A DNA stretch of 64,000 bases, taken from assembly GCF_001194135.2 (NCBI RefSeq), contig NC_068998.1, forward strand, positions 2,058,321-2,122,320. The letters are read 5' to 3'. The notes below the pieces were generated by a model. That model had not been told where the DNA came from. It searched no databases and was given only the letters and a program-made list of their open reading frames with translations. The position numbers and the translations under genes were made by a program. Source of the DNA: Octopus bimaculoides. Taxonomy: Eukaryota. Shown in pieces: positions 45,155-61,594 of the stretch. Positions within the stretch are counted from its first letter, which is position 1, and each line of letters begins with the position of its first letter.

Positions 45155-47628
45155 GGACTTCGTTCAGTTTCCGTCTACCAAATCCATTCACAAAGCTTTG
45201 GTTGGCCTGAGGCTATAGTAAAAGACACTTACTCAAGGTGCCATGCAGTGGGACTGAACCTGGAACCATGTAGTTGGGAAGCAAGCTTCTTACCACACAG
45301 TCACGCCTATGTAAATAGATTATATAGTTTTAGATATGTCATGACACCGACAGGCTCATTAAATCGGTGCTTATTTCAGGTCCCATGGTATAATATTCAC
45401 CCTCATTCAGAGCTTTTGGTGGTACTTATTTTTAGCTGAGCAAACTGGGGCTTTTTCAAGTGAAGTATTTTATTCAAAGTCAATGTGTCATATAGGCTGA
45501 AGCCACAACCGTTTGATTGTAAGTGCAACACTCTAGTTGTAGATTCTACACTATCATAAGCATACACACGTGTGCTTGATGTAACAAAAAGCAAAATAGA
45601 ACTCAATACATGAGTTTATATTACTTTTTCATGAGCAGAAAGTTATAAAAGTAGCTCGGGGGGGGGGGGAGAATTTCAATTAATGAGTGCCATGCACAAG
45701 ATTCTTTGTCCTTGAGGCACTGTTGTCATGTGATACTGACTAAAAGAATATTTCTCTCTCTTTCTCTCTCTCTCTCTATATATATATGTGTGTGTGTGTG
45801 TGTAAATATATACACGTGCACACAAGTGTACATAAGTCATGGAAAGGTAATATTACCCGAGTATATTATAACAAAGTTGTTTGTGCAACAAACATGTTGA
45901 GGACTCTCAATTTTGTTGTCAAACCACTTATATTTATGTATGCATAAATATATAACCTAGTTCAGTCTCTTGTACAGCCTAAATCTCTCCAAATGCAGCC
46001 AAAAATTTAAAATTTTTAATTAGGCAACATTTCCCAGCACAAATGAATACCACAAATGCCACAGACTTTTTAAAGCACATAATGTTAAGGTCAATTATTC
46101 TTGCCTAGACAACACCTATGCAGGCTTAACCTCAACTTAGTTGCAACTATCGAAGTAAGTTCATCCATCAGCTGATTATATTCTGCTATTCCAAAGCAGA
46201 ATATCATTAGTTGATAGGTGAACTTATTTCTAACTAGCAACTTTTAACCAACCTGATATTATACCTAGAGTTACATGGAATTTACAGTCAGTCTCTTCAA
46301 GGAAAAGTTTATTCAGCATATCCACTCCTTTATGTTTAGGAACAGGGAAAACACCCTTGTTTCAATTTCATTTAAAAGCTCTAGGGTTAAAATATCCTGT
46401 CTAACTGGAACATTCTCAACAAAGCCCCTTAATATTCAAGTGTGTGCAGCTGTTGTTTTTTTTCTCAATGAGAAAATGTACATATTTTAACAGCCCACCG
46501 TATGTATCCCTTAAAAAGGGATACAATGGCAACCAACTTTATTTAAAAAACAAACAAACCATGATTGCTTCACAACTGAGGTGTCCAGATAATCAGATGA
46601 TTAATTAATTGTGAATCGTTTAGTGAGTCAAATCTGAGTCAGACAGTCAATACAAATATTCAATCTCTTTCACATAGACACACGCACATATATTGTTTGT
46701 ATGTGTGTTCATGTGTATCATGACTTTTCTACTCTAGGCACAAGGCCCGGAATACTTGGGGAGAGGGCCAGTCGATTATCTCGACTCCAGTATGCAACTG
46801 GACTTAATTTATCGACACACACACACACACACTACACACACATGTTGGTATGTTTAGGTGTGTGTGTGTGTGGTGTGTGTAGAAAAGCTACTGCAGTGGA
46901 CTGATTTTTGCCAAAATGAAACCACCATGTACATGTTGTAAGGGAATTTTCTCAAGACTAGCGAACATCTTTCGTTGTGTTCCTCAGGGTGCTCTACCAG
47001 ACCCCTTTCTGTTTCTTTGTAGTGTCATTTCTGTAAATAAATACGAGGAAGTCGAACAGAGCACTTTTGTGATTAAGGAGTTCACTTTCCAACTGTGTAG
47101 CTGTGAGTTTAGTGTTGCCTACTTTAGCCTCAGGCTGGTCAAAGCCTTGTGAGTGAATTTGATGGACGGAAGTTGTATGTAAAATGTATGTATTTGTGGG
47201 TTATAGTCTCCATATTTTGACAGTTCCATGACATGACTGTTGTAAGTATCACCATCATACAACCAGTGCTATTTGGTTCCATTCTTCTATGGAAATATGT
47301 CCCAACAAAAGCTAAATATTATCTTGCTTGGGAACAGGTGAGGGTTTCGCAACAAGGAAACTTGTCTGTTGTATTGCTTTTTTTTTTCTTGTTTTTCCTC
47401 ATTCATGACATGCATAGAGGTATTGGTGTTTGGTTAAGAAGCTTGCTTCCCAACCACTTAGCTCTGGGTTCAGTATCAATACTTGGCACCTTGGGAAAGT
47501 GTCTTCTATAATAGCCCTGAGCCTGCCAAAATGATGATGGTGTGTGTGTGTTTGTGTGTACACACCCACAGGCACAAATTATTGTCTGTGCAAATTTTTA
47601 GTGACATCATTCCAGTCCATACATGAAG

Positions 47629-47697
<69 letters not shown>

Positions 47698-48982
47698 NNN
47701 NNNNNNNNNNNNNNNNNNNNNNNNNNNNNNNNNNNNNNNNNNNNNNNNNNNNNNNNNNNNNNNNNNNNNNNNNNNNNNNNNNNNNNNNNNNNNNNNNNNN
47801 NNNNNNNNNNNNNNNNNNNNNNNNNNNNNNNNNNNNNNNNNNNNNNNNNNNNNNNNNNNNNNNNNNNNNNNNNNNNNNNNNNNNNNNNNNNNNNNNNNNN
47901 NNNNNNNNNNNNNNNNNNNNNNNNNNNNNNNNNNNNNNNNNNNNNNNNNNNNNNNNNNNNNNNNNNNNNNNNNNNNNNNNNNNNNNNNNNNNNNNNNNNN
48001 NNNNNNNNNNNNNNNNNNNNNNNNNNNNNNNNNNNNNNNNNNNNNNNNNNNNNNNNNNNNNNNNNNNNNNNNNNNNNNNNNNNNNNNNNNNNNNNNNNNN
48101 NNNNNNNNNNNNNNNNNNNNNNNNNNNNNNNNNNNNNNNNNNNNNNNNNNNNNNNNNNNNNNNNNNNNNNNNNNNNNNNNNNNNNNNTATATATATATAT
48201 ATATATATGTGTGAATGTGTGTATATATATTATATATTTTATATGTACAGTACATTGCTGTTTGAAAACTCACTGCTATAGATATATTTCAATATTGTTT
48301 CATACACACATAATAAACATATGTTCACACACACACACATAATAAACATATGTTCACACACACACACACACACACACACATCCCCGACACTGACACACCC
48401 ACCCTAAACATATTTTCTGAACACATTTCCCATTTATTTCATCTTTGCTAATTGTCATAACGACCAGTTTCAATGGAATGGATAGGAAATATCACTGTCT
48501 CCCTCCCTCCCTCTCTCTCTCTCTGTCTCCACTTCTCGATTTCTCTTCTTTCACCCTTCTTTCTTTCTCTTCTTTCTCTACTTGTTATCTCTCTCTCTCT
48601 CTGCTGGTCTTTATCTTTCCTTCCCTATCTTTCTCTCTCTTTCTTTCTCCCCCACTTCACCTGATTTCGAATACAACATGCAATCCCTTGGTGGACTGTT
48701 GGAAAACAATGCACACACACACACACACACACATATCTGTGCATGCGCGCATTATTGGTTTCAACTAGAGGTTGTGGCCATGCTAGGGCATCACCTTGAA
48801 GGGTTTAATTGAACAAATTGAACCCACTACTTATTTAAAGCCTGTTACTTATTCTTTCAGTCTCTTTTCCCCAAACCCCTAACTTACAGGGATGTAAACA
48901 AACCAACACCAGTTGTCAAGCAGTTTTTCAATTCCAATAAATATTCCATGTTCTCTCAAAAGTTTATAATTTCTTGACATCA

Positions 48983-49014
<32 letters not shown>

Positions 49015-49939
49015 TTATATATTCATACACACACATACATTCTTTCCACTATAGGCACAAAGCCTGGCATTCTGGGGGAGAGGCCTGATTGATTACATTG
49101 GCCCCAGTGTTCAATTGGTCCTTATTTTATTGACCACAAAAGGATGAAAGGCAAAGTTATTCTTGGCATATTGACTTTGTCGAGAATTCTTCCGGAGTTA
49201 ATAAAATAAAATATAATAAACTAGAATACCATTCAAAAACTAAAATCCTGATATAACTATGTTCTTGGAGCAGTTAGAAATCATTACTATGTTGTTTAGC
49301 CCCAGGTCAGTCTGGATCTGGCAAACCTTTGATCAGAGGCACTTCAGGCACGACCATTCCTCTGTTAAGCAGGTATTTTGAGGATTACATTCTTTTCTAT
49401 TCTAGGCACAAGGCCCGAAATTTGGGGGGAGGAGAGCAATCGATTAGATCGACCTAATACGCAACTGGTACTTAATTTATCGACCCCGAATGGATGAAAG
49501 GCACAGTTGACCTCGGCGGAATTTGAACTTAGGACGTAAAGGCACGAAATACTGGTAAGCATTTCGTCCGGCGCGCTAACGTTTGTCGCCTTATTTTGAG
49601 GACTACATTAAGGTGGCGAGCTGGTAGAATCGTTAGCACGCTGGACGAAATCCTTAGGGGTATTTCACCCATTGCTACATTCTGAGTTCAAATTCCACCG
49701 AGGTCGACTGTCCCCCTCCCCCAAATTTCAGGCCTTGTGCCTATAGTAGAAAGGATTTTGGGGACTACATTATCCAATGTGTTCGCCCTTGTTTAGGGAA
49801 GATGACGTAGTTTAAATTGAGGGGAAATTTGACTGCTATTTCTACGGGTTCGAGCGACCATTGTTGGTTCATTCTGCTTCAATGTGACGCAGGAACACAA
49901 CTCCATAACTGGGTCACACTAACACGGGACGGAGCTTCT

Positions 49940-50165
49940 CTATACGATCGCTCAACGTACTAGAAATAGCAGCCAGATCTCCTTCAATCTATACACTGCT
50001 GTTGAAAAAAAGGAAGGACCTACTGGAAAATGTAATCCAAGGTCTATGTTTATGTTCAGAAAAAAATAAGAGGGATAGTGACGGTTGGACAACCTTTGAT
50101 GAGAGAGGACGCATCCCCTGCACCAGGTCTGACTGGGACGAAACCATAACAAACATGAAACGATT
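49940..50165 (+). mobile_element. Dispersed non-coding repeat (MITE-like) with ctagaaatagcagccaaat core
   Basis: Related segments at ~15990-16175, 52200-52380 (+) and 51180-51240, 56865-57000 (-). Confidence 0.5.
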
Positions 50166-52620
50166 TAGTTTCTTCTCAAACAGCTTCCTTCTTTCTCTTC
50201 GTATTTGATTTTGTTGCTTTAATTTCTTCGGCTTCCTCGTTTTTCCCCTCTCTTCTTCTTCTTCATTTCTCTCTTGTTTTCTTTTTTTCCCCATTTCTTT
50301 CCCTTTCTTTCTTTTTTATTTCTTCTTTTCCCTCTTTCATCTCTTTTGTTCTCTCTTCCTGTCTTCTTTCCTCCCTTATAATTTCCTTTCTAATTCTATT
50401 TTTTCATTCAATTGTTTTTTCCTCCCCCACTACACACACGCACACCCCTCTATCTTTCTCTTATTTATTTCTTTTAATCCCTTCCTTCCACATGGTCTCT
50501 CTTGTACCCCGGGTGTATACGATACAACTAGGTACTTGGTATACATATAATAAGGGTGACCTACTACACTAAGAAAAAAAAAGGCCTTTATTCTAATATT
50601 ACAAACTTCACCACCAAAACAACCAACCTACTCATTTAACAAGCTAGTTTCTCTATACTAACCCTAACCCAGACTGTGCCTAGAGACCTGTTCTGTCACC
50701 GTGTTCACTAATCTCTTTCTGCCTACCCGCCACAAATAAGCGACATTAAACATTTCAAGAAGCCGAGTGAAGTTCGTGGCGGATTGAAAAGAGGAAATAA
50801 AAACCCGGAATGTTTGACACAAAACTGGGGTGGGGTGTTCTGTCGTTGTTGTCCTCTGTCCCACTTTGTCTTTCTACCCACAGTGATCAATTTTCTCTTC
50901 ATAGTTGCCCCTTAATCGTTCTTCTTTGAATTAGTGACCTTCTATATTCTCGCCTATTGACCAGCTGTTCTTCAACTGAACAATATTGATTATAAATCCG
51001 TTTTTGCTCGGGTCAGAAACTGGAGGTTAACGGGTTTTTTGTTTAGCCCTAGTCGAGGAGGCTCGTGGTGAAACTCGTTTCAATCTTGACCTTAAAAGTT
51101 TTTTTTGTTTACTTTTCCTGACACAGTACGCATAGGATTGTATTATTTAACGTATCGTCTTTTCATTTTTCTATTTTGGTTAGGGTACAATGTGAGGGAT
51201 ATTTAGCTGCTATTTCTAGTAGGTCAAATGACCATTTGAACTCCCTCCCCACCTTGTTAGCCCCTATCTGAACAAAAACTTAAAGTATGTGTAATTAATA
51301 CATGCATTCTTGTAGCATGTGTAACATGCATCATATGTACACACATGAGCATTTTTCGTTTTGAATTGATTTGGGGTATATATAGCTTTTACATACACAC
51401 ACTCACACGCCTATATACAAACCCATTTACAGATTTGTATTATACACTCTCTCTATGCTCCAGTATGGCCGCAGTCATGACTGAAACACAAGAATGCTAA
51501 TATAATCTATATAGATATATATACGCGCACTCACATACGTACATATTTCTATGTCTATAGATTTGTGTGTAATTGCATAAAATAGCAATTTGCTGTTGTC
51601 CGTCTAGATACACTGTCTCTCTCTTTATATATAGTTTTATTTTTTGGAAATCTCGGTGTGTGTTTATGGGTGTAAATAAACAATTAGTTTTTCATTTTCT
51701 GGTATATGTGCATGCATAGATGTGTGTGTGTGTGAGTATACGCACACACACACACACACACACACACATAACTCTTCACGCATCTTTCAATCTATCAAAA
51801 AGCGCGCGCGCACACATATCAGTGTGTGTGTGTGTGTTATTGTGAATCTTACTGTTTAATATATAACATGAAATGAAAAGGAAGTTTGATGTTTATATGT
51901 GTGTGTGTGTGTGTATATATATATTGATATATTGATACTTATACACATACATACACTTGTGTGTGTAAATTATTCTCTGTATGCAAATATTTACACACAA
52001 ACACTCTCACACACAAAGAATGTCGTCTTCTAGCGAAGTGTGTGTGTGTGTGTGTGTGTACTCCCACCCTTTTCCCGTCAGCATATATCTCTTGTCACTA
52101 TCAACCAATCTGGTTACACACTGCATAATAATGTCTCGTGTTTCGGGTGACATTATTTCACAAACCAACAGGGGAAGGCGGCGGGGAGTGAAAGGACCCT
52201 CTAAATTTCGTTTGACCGGCTAAAAATAGCAGCCAAATTTCCGTCAGATCAGATCGTCTTAAAAAAACCTACACATGCACACAAAATGCAAAGAAGTACA
52301 TGAGACAATGTCATCCCAGGGTACGTTGTGGTTAAAGAAAAACAAGATGGGATGGTCACGGTTGGAACGACTTGAGATTAAACAATAGCATATACTAGAA
52401 AGGACCTGCCCCTCCTTTTTTTCGTGCGCCCTCCACTCACGTTAGCCAAAACTCAACATACTTTACGAGCAGTTAACGCGCTCCCTTTGTTGTGCTTTTC
52501 AGGTAATCACTTTCTAGAAAACAAACGTCTACATGTTACCGACTCTATTTAAAATCAAGTGCACGAAAGAGACAGACCTAGCACTTGGCTAACGTTATGC
52601 CTTCACATACTCGCTTCCAG

Positions 52621-52681
<61 letters not shown>

Positions 52682-53039
52682 ACCTGTCTGCTGCTCCATT
52701 TGTCTGTCTTCTGTTTGTGTGTATATATCTTTTCTGTATATTTATACATGTATATATATATATATGTGTGTGTGTATGTGTGCATGCATGTAACACACAG
52801 CTATGTTATACCTATCTACATATCTATTCTGTTAGTCAACACACCTTCCTATCTGTCTGTCTGTCTCTCAAGAAACTGATATCCTGTTAGTCATAGTACA
52901 CTCATGTGAGATACCACTTTTGACAGATGTTATTCATTATCTATCTATCTATCCATCTATGTCTGTCTGTCTGGCTGTCTGTCTGTGTCTATTGATTTGT
53001 CTGTCTACCTATCTATCTGTCTGTCTGTCTATTGATCTG

Positions 53040-53074
<35 letters not shown>

Positions 53075-53099
53075 GTCTATTGATATATATATATCATCA

Positions 53100-53139
<40 letters not shown>

Positions 53140-56100
53140 GTCTGCCTCTCTCTCTCTATCTACTTATCTACCTACCCACCTACCTGCCCATCCATTGTAA
53201 GATTTAAAAAAAAAATCTAACCTGTGTGTGTGTATGGGTCTGTGTGTGTGTTTGTGTGTGTATGAGAGAGCGAGAGAAAGTATATGTATCTGGGCTGGTG
53301 AAATGGTTGATTGATTGACAGATGCATACAAAAGCTGGAGCAAGTGTCTATTAATTTAAGCAGAAGATTTGGTTCCATTATTTCCGATCCCCTCCCTCCC
53401 TTAATCAATCATAGACTAAAAGGTGGTGAGTCAATATTGTAGGTCAGACCATCACGACCATTTCTGGGTGGGACTGATGTATCAGTATATACGCATGGGT
53501 GAGGCTTTCTATGTGTGTGTGTGTATGAGAGTATATAAGTGTGTGTACGTGTACTTGCATGTTTGCTAACAGCACTGTTTGCTTGCCCCCCCCCCTGCTT
53601 TACTATGCTAACCAAGTGAATTATTAAACAAACACAACACAGATTTATTACACATCATTTATTTAAACAGTGAAGCACTAGAATTTCCTGTTCTATGATG
53701 ATGATGATGATGATGATGATAGTAGTTGTGCTGGCGGCTACTACTATTACTACTACTACTACTATTACTGATGATGATAAGAATTCTAATCCTTTCTACA
53801 AAAAATGCATAGGGCCTGGATTTTTGTTTTTTATTTGTGAAAAGAGGGGACTAGTTGCTTGCATCAGCCCCAGTATTTGTTTGGGACTCGTTTTATCGAC
53901 TCCAAAAGGACGAAAGGCAAAGTCGACCTCAGCAGAATTTGAACCTAGAACGCAAATTTTTTAAGGGAGCCGGTCAGTTGAATACATGCTTGACTGGTTC
54001 TTTAGTTTATTGACCCTGAAAGAATGAAATAAGTTGACCATGGCATAATTTGAACTCAGACTATCAAGAGCCAGAAGAAATACTGCAGAGCATTGGTTCC
54101 AATGCTCTAAATAATTCTTCCGATGGTTTCTAATTGAGTCAGAAGGCCTGAAGTTTGAGGAAGGGTATATATATATGGCCAGATGCCCTTTCTTTAACAT
54201 CCTCCACCTGTTTCCAAATATGGTAATATTTCTTTGTGACCAGACATGTTTTCATGGAGGATTGGAAAATAGACATCACTTGCATGACAGTGAGTCTCAC
54301 TCATATCTATCATATGATGTCAAGGCAAAGCAAGAGTACTCCTTCCCATACATATACACACCTGATGGGCTTCTTTCAGTTTCCACCTACCAAATCCACT
54401 TTTGTTGGTCCCAGGGCTATTGTAGAAAACACCTAAATTGCCATACAGTGGGATTGAGCCTAAAACCACTTGGGAAGCAAACTTCTTACCACACAGCCAC
54501 ACCTGCATCTAGCTACATATATTCTTAGACCTGCTATTTCCTAGCTGCCTATCCAGGAACAGTTTGTCTCTCATTCATTAAATATCACTGATAACATTAT
54601 CCATCTATTTCTGTGGTGCCTTGAAAGCATTTACCATTATATTCTTCCATTGTCTTTTGTTAGCTTCCTCGTATAGGTGGGGGGGGGGGGTGTTGGTCGG
54701 GTGATTGTCAGGTAGTGATGGGGGAGGTTGAAGAGGGTGTGTTTACATATTCTGGTCCCTTCCTTAGTTAACCAATTTTCTTCTTACCCCTTACACACAT
54801 CTGGTCCTTTTCACTCCAGCCCCTCTTCTTTTCTCTCCTTAACAATTCTGTTCTTATTTATTTACTTCTTTGTTAACTCCTTTTTCTTCCTCTTCTTCTT
54901 TTTCTTTGCCTCCTCCTCCTCCTCTCTGGTATTTCTATTATCTTTTTGGATCTCATTAAAATGTTGAATTTATCCCATCGCCATCACCACCACCACCACT
55001 TTCGCTTCTCACCACAACCTCTCTCTCTGCTTTTTCTCCTCTCACTTCTACCCATTGACATAATTCTTTTACTTATTTATTTTATTCTTTATATTTTCCA
55101 TATGGCCAACTTTTTTATTTATTTATTTAATTCTCCTGATTGAGTTGAGGCAAAGTCTTTGAATTAGAAGAAATTTCCATTGTTATTCTTGTATTCTTTC
55201 ACTGGTTTCACTCATTGAACTGTGGCCATGCTGGAACATCATCACTTGAGGAATTTACATCAACTCCAGTGCTTCTTTTAGTCGAATATTTTATTAATCT
55301 CCATTTACCAAAAATTATGATACCATCTTTAACATAAACGGATACAACATGAGATACTACTTTAAACCAGTAACTTAAATACAGATATAGAAAACCGCAC
55401 ATATGTGATATATCCAGGGCTTGTGTTACATGCTAAGCCAACTGGTTGATTGTGCCAAAAGTACTAAAAGGATGAAAGGCAAATTTTCCTTGACAGAATT
55501 TGAACTTCAAGCATCAAACCAGAACAAATGCTGCTAAGCATTTGTCTGGCATTCTAACAATTCTGTCGAAGCTCTGTAAAGGCACAAAGCTCTCTGCTAT
55601 CATTGCCTCAGTTCCTTGCAGATGGTTTGTCTTGTACCTCCACCACTCAGGCACCCCCCACTCTGCTCATCTTTCCACCTTTTGTTACTTATGATGTGTT
55701 CATGCTCTTCAACTCTCCAGTCCTTCCTCCCCTGAACATTGCTCCTCTGGAATCTCTAAGTCTTTCCTGCAAATTTTGATTGATCTGCTGCAGTATAAGC
55801 AAGCAGACGTTATTAGCATCAAGCTCAACTGGTCTTGGAGGACTTGCAAATACCACGGGCCCTGCCCTCTCCTCCAAAATTAGTTTGTGAAAAAACAAAA
55901 CAAAAAAAAATTCAGCTGAATTTATTTTTATTTAACGCATTAGAAATTAAAATAACAACAAACCGGGTAATTGATTGACTTTTTTTTGTGTGTTTTCCCT
56001 GTTTGTCACTCTAATGATGTGTTTAAATCTTGCAGCTGACCTCTCAGTCTGTGTCTGTCTGTCTGTCTCTTCTGAAGTGACATAATATCTGTGTTAATAT

Positions 56101-56280
56101 ATGTTGATACATGCACTTAGCTGTTGCCCACCTGTCAAACCCATTTCTGCTGGGGAGAGAGAGAGGGAGAGAGAAAGGGGTAGGGATGGGGGGAGAGAGA
56201 GAGAGACACACACACACACACAGATGAGAGAGACAGATACGTACGTGGATATAGAGAAAGCAAGACAGAGAGAAGGACAA

Positions 56281-56352
<72 letters not shown>

Positions 56353-58078
56353 GTAAAAGCAGAAAAAGAAAGAGATGCAAGCAATGAGAGCCAGACACAG
56401 AGACAGATAGAGGGAAAAATAAAGGGAAAGTGACAGAGAGAGAGACTGATATACATATATATATATGAGAGGGGGAGAGACAGTCAATGAGAGAGATAAA
56501 CTAATAGAAATGGTCAGAGAGAGAAAGAGAGCAGCAGAGAGAGAGAGAGAAAGAGGAGAAAGCATTTAATCTTGCTATTGTCGTTGAGTTGATCCATTCA
56601 ATTCCACAGCTGTTGGCTACATGTGGAACCTCTTCAGTTATCGTGTGAGAGGTTTCTGTGGAATTACATGTGGCCGTGGCCGTTTGTGTTCCGGTTTGTG
56701 ATGGAAGGGTTCCATGGAGGTTATTATTGCAGTGGACCTCTGGGTGAGCCCTTGGTGGTGTGTCTGAGGTTAATCCTGATCCTAATGGAAAATAAGCTGC
56801 AGTGAGTGACAAGGGTAAGATGGGAGGCTTATCTGTTGGGTCCGATCAAGTAGAACTATAAGGAAAGACATTCCAACCGTGACCATCCTGTCTTTTTTTT
56901 TTATACCCGAGACTGTGTTATCTAATATTCCTTTCCTTTATGAAAGGTGGCAGGGTATGATTTGGAGGAGATTTGGCTGCTATTTCTAGCAAGTTGTCTT
57001 ATAGATGGTTAATTGTACACCATACGTACACACACACACTCACACCCTCATACACCATACACACACTCACAAGGATACACTTTCATTAATTATTCCCTAA
57101 ACGAAATCCATTGACGTGTGTGTGTGTGTGAATTTGTTGATATTAGATTAATTTATATCTTATTGTTTAACAACAACAACAACAACAACAACAGCAATAA
57201 TAATAATCCTTTCTGTTGTAGGCGCAAGGCCTGAAATTTGGGGGTGGGGTGGGGGCTGGTTGAGTACGTCAATCTCCGTGCTCAACTGGTCCCTTATTTT
57301 ATTGACTCCAGAAGGATGAAAGCAAAATTTAATTTTAGAACTTAAAGATGGAAGAAATACCACCAGGCACTCTGTTCAGCGTGCTGACAATTCTGCCAGC
57401 TCATAAAAAGATAACAGCAATAATAATAATAATAATAACAACAATGATAATTATAATAATCTTATAATGATGAGGGTGATGGGTGAGTGGGAAGGAGACA
57501 TAACAGCGACAGATTACTCTAAGTGTGTGTGTGTGTGTGTGTGTGTTAGGATTTGGGCTTATACCAAAATCGGATGAAATGAATGAAAACACAAAAGTAA
57601 TGCTATAGACCATACAGAGATGATTCATATCAAGACCCTGGAGGGGAGGATTGTCAACTAGGACCAGTCAAGAAACTTCACAGATCTAAGATTATCCAGT
57701 CTACCAATGGCAGGTGCCCTCATCCAGCTCTCGCCTACACCAGACACCTGCTGAAAGTAATCTGTTAACACCGGCCATGACCACCACTCTTGATCACCTG
57801 CAGTCTTTTATTTTCGTTTTTTATTTATTTTTTTACTACAACAACAGTAATGGTTATTAATTCAGATTTAAGCTTAGCAATTTTTTCAAGGGTGAGTTGG
57901 GGGGGGGGTGGATACCATCTACCGTCAACCCCAATACATGACTGTTACTTCATTGTATTGATCCCTGAAAGAATGAAAAGCAAAGTCGACCTCAGCAGAA
58001 TTCGAACTCAAAACCTAACCGCAGACAAAATACCGCTAAGCATTTTGCCTGGCGTGCTAATGATTCTGCCAGCTTGAC

Positions 58079-58112
<34 letters not shown>

Positions 58113-58707
58113 TATTAATAATAAGGTCAGGGGTAAGACACCTAGACTATTAAGACTTTGTACTTGAAAATTTAAGAACAAATAAAAGAAACAATGTGAA
58201 TTAGCCAGAAATGTACAGCATAATCAATATATTATAAAAATTGGGTTGCGAGAGGGAATAATTAAGCTAAAATTATAGGTGAAAAAAAATATTAGTTTGA
58301 AACAAAAGAAAATAGAAGAAAAGAACAAAAGGCTATAAGCTATTTTGTTTTTTGTTTTTCTTGTTGCATCTGAACTAAAAACCAGCTGGAAACACTGTCT
58401 GGGAATTCAAAGACTCAGCAGATGATAGTTGAAGATCAAAAACAATAAACAAAGAAAATTCACTGTGTGTATATGTATATATGTATGTTTATATATATGT
58501 GTATACATGTGTGTATGTATAGATGCATAATATATATATAAAGAGAATGATAAATGAGAGCTGGGTGGTGTCAGGTTTGGCAGCGGTGTGTGATAAACTG
58601 GTGTATTTTTGTCTTGTTTTATGTTTTTGTTGTTGGTTTTGATTTTGTTTGGATTTGTTAAACATTGTTTAGCAACCTCTACCTCAGTACAAGGAGGTAG
58701 GTGGGTG

Positions 58708-58754
<47 letters not shown>

Positions 58755-60474
58755 TCTCAGATTAACCCCTTTTAATACGAACTCACATGAAACCACTCTT
58801 AGTTTTATGGTACCAACTTGCAATTTCATGTCAGTTTATATTCCAAACACCAGCTTCATAACAACCGGAGATATTTTACTGAACTCTTCATTACTTTCAA
58901 AATTAATTAAAACAAAGGAAGTGTTTTTAACAAAAATATGTTAACGAAAGCGTTAATTGTATGACTCAGTCTGTGTTTGTATCTCACCCCAGTCTGCCTC
59001 TGGCTCTATGATCTACAAACTTCTTGTTTTAAATAAGTCCAAATTAAATCTGTCCATGAAAATATTTCAGGTTAATTGATGTCCCATCATAATAAAGACC
59101 AAAATATTTGACTAAATTCTTCATTGTTTTCAAAATTAATTGAAACAAAGGAAGTGTTTTTCAGCAGAAATATGGTAACACTGAAATATGGCAATGAAGT
59201 ATGCATATATATAAGGTGGTCTGTCCTACCAAAGACAACAGCTTCTGCCATTTCTTGTTCAACATCCTGCTCAAATAATTTGTTTATAGTGATCAACTGT
59301 TTGAACTGTACATAAGCTCACTCTATCATCATCATCATCATCATCATCATATATCTGTTTTCCATGCTGGCATGGGCTGAACACAGGTACACACATCTTT
59401 TTACTTATTTTAGTCACTAGACTGGCCATACTGGAGCATCACCTTCAAGGATTTTTTAGTCAAATGAATCAACCCCTGTACTTTTTACCTTTAAAGCCTG
59501 GCACTTATTCTATTGGTCTCTTTTGCTGAACCTCTAAGTTACAAGGGTGTAAACACACCAATACTGGTTGTCAAGCAGTGATGGGAAGGGCACACATACA
59601 CACAATGGGCTTCTTTCAGTTTCCGTCTACCAAATCCACTCACAAAGCTTTTGGTCAGCGTGAGGTTATAGTAGAAGACACTTGCCCAAGGTGCCACACA
59701 ATAGGACTGAACCCAGAACCACATAGTTGTAAAGCAAACTTCTTACTACACAGCCATGCCTGCTTCTATAGAAATATAGCAAAGACACAGAGTAGGAAGA
59801 AAATGCCATCACTTTACCAGAACCATTACGTTAACAGTGACAGCAGTTACATTAGGAGAGGAAAAACAAAATATAGATTTCTTTCGCGTGGCACCTGCAA
59901 CCAACCATCTGTTTATAATAATGTCTGTGTTTTTTCTCCTCCCATTTCTTGACCATCTGTTAGCAGTGTCTTTTTGAACACTTCTACCACTCCTTAACAA
60001 CGACCAATGCCAGCACCTCTACTTCATACACATCTCATTCTTTATAGCATGAAGTTCACTTGGATCAAATGTCGTCTTTAGGATAAGATAGTTTACCAAA
60101 GTCTTTGGGAATATTTGTTACCAAGAGCTATTATGAATTTATCATCTTTTACACTAGATTTCTTCAGCAATATCTGCAAAGTTATTTGGATCTGATAGAA
60201 TGAGAATAGAAGGGTTATTTCTAGCAGATAGTCAACAGATTCCTTAACTGGTATCTAAGAAGCGGAGAGATAATGCTTTTATTTGTATTAAGACAATGCA
60301 AATTTGATGGAAGAATTAGCTATTAGCCCTGTTGGCACTCTCTCTCTCACACGCACACATGAAATGATGAGAATAGATATGGGAAAAATATATATATATA
60401 AACTTACACATACATATGTACCTGTGTGTATGTCTCTGTATGTGTAATTTTGTGTGTGTTCTCTCTCTTCTCTC

Positions 60475-60505
<31 letters not shown>

Positions 60506-61254
60506 ATAATTTCTCTCTCCCTCTTTCTCTCTCTCTCTACACTTATATATATATATATATATATATATATGAATATCTATTTGTCTATCCATATTTGATA
60601 AATATTGGTACATAGGCAACAATGGTGCTGTTACCTTTTCTTTTAAAGTCTGTGTGTGTGTTATTAACTCTGAAAGTGGTTTAGGCAACAATACAATAAA
60701 TGGCAATCAATGAATATTATTACATTTTGGCTCACATATTAGAGAAGACCAAAATTGGCTTGAAGGAACCAAAGAGTTTCACTGCTTCACTAACTCTACA
60801 TCAACCCCCCCCCCCCAGCAACAAATGATATCAAACCCAAACTAAAACACATTGCACTGACACCATTTAAATAACCAATTGTTAAATTATCTTCTCTGAT
60901 TAACTCTTAATCAAATGATGAGAATTTCTGTACTTTGACCCACAGATAAAGCTGTGAGGGCAACTGTAGCGAATTTCCACCTCTCCCAACCCTACTGGAA
61001 TAACGAAGTTGATTGGCTGGTTTTTTCAGTGTGTATTTGTAAAACTATCTTTGATATGCTCTTGTCCGAGTCACTCATTCCTTTCTTGTCTCTTATCAAT
61101 TTTATTGATTCAAGGAAAATTGAAATGCTTTCTACGTACATTCATATCTTGTTCTGGGAAGTCTTTTATTTGTAGTGTTTCTGGTTTTAAGTACAATGTC
61201 ATGTTATATTATTACCTGCTGTAGCCATATTGTGTATGTGAGTGTGTGTGTCTG

Positions 61255-61302
<48 letters not shown>

Positions 61303-61563
61303 ATGTGTGTGTATCTTACTGTGAGTGAATAGCTTATTAGATAAATTCCCACCAACACAGCCAACTATTGGTTATTAGGTTATATACACTCACTGAAATA
61401 TTATTGTCTGTACAATCTCAAGATTTGATTTGTTAACTTGATGTAATTAACGGAAAGAAAGGTCAGCTGACATGACTCACTACTTATTTCATACTCAATG
61501 ACTTAATTGCTAATTGATATATGTGTGTGTTTGTCAACATTTTATATATGTAATGGATGCAGT

Positions 61564-61594
<31 letters not shown>
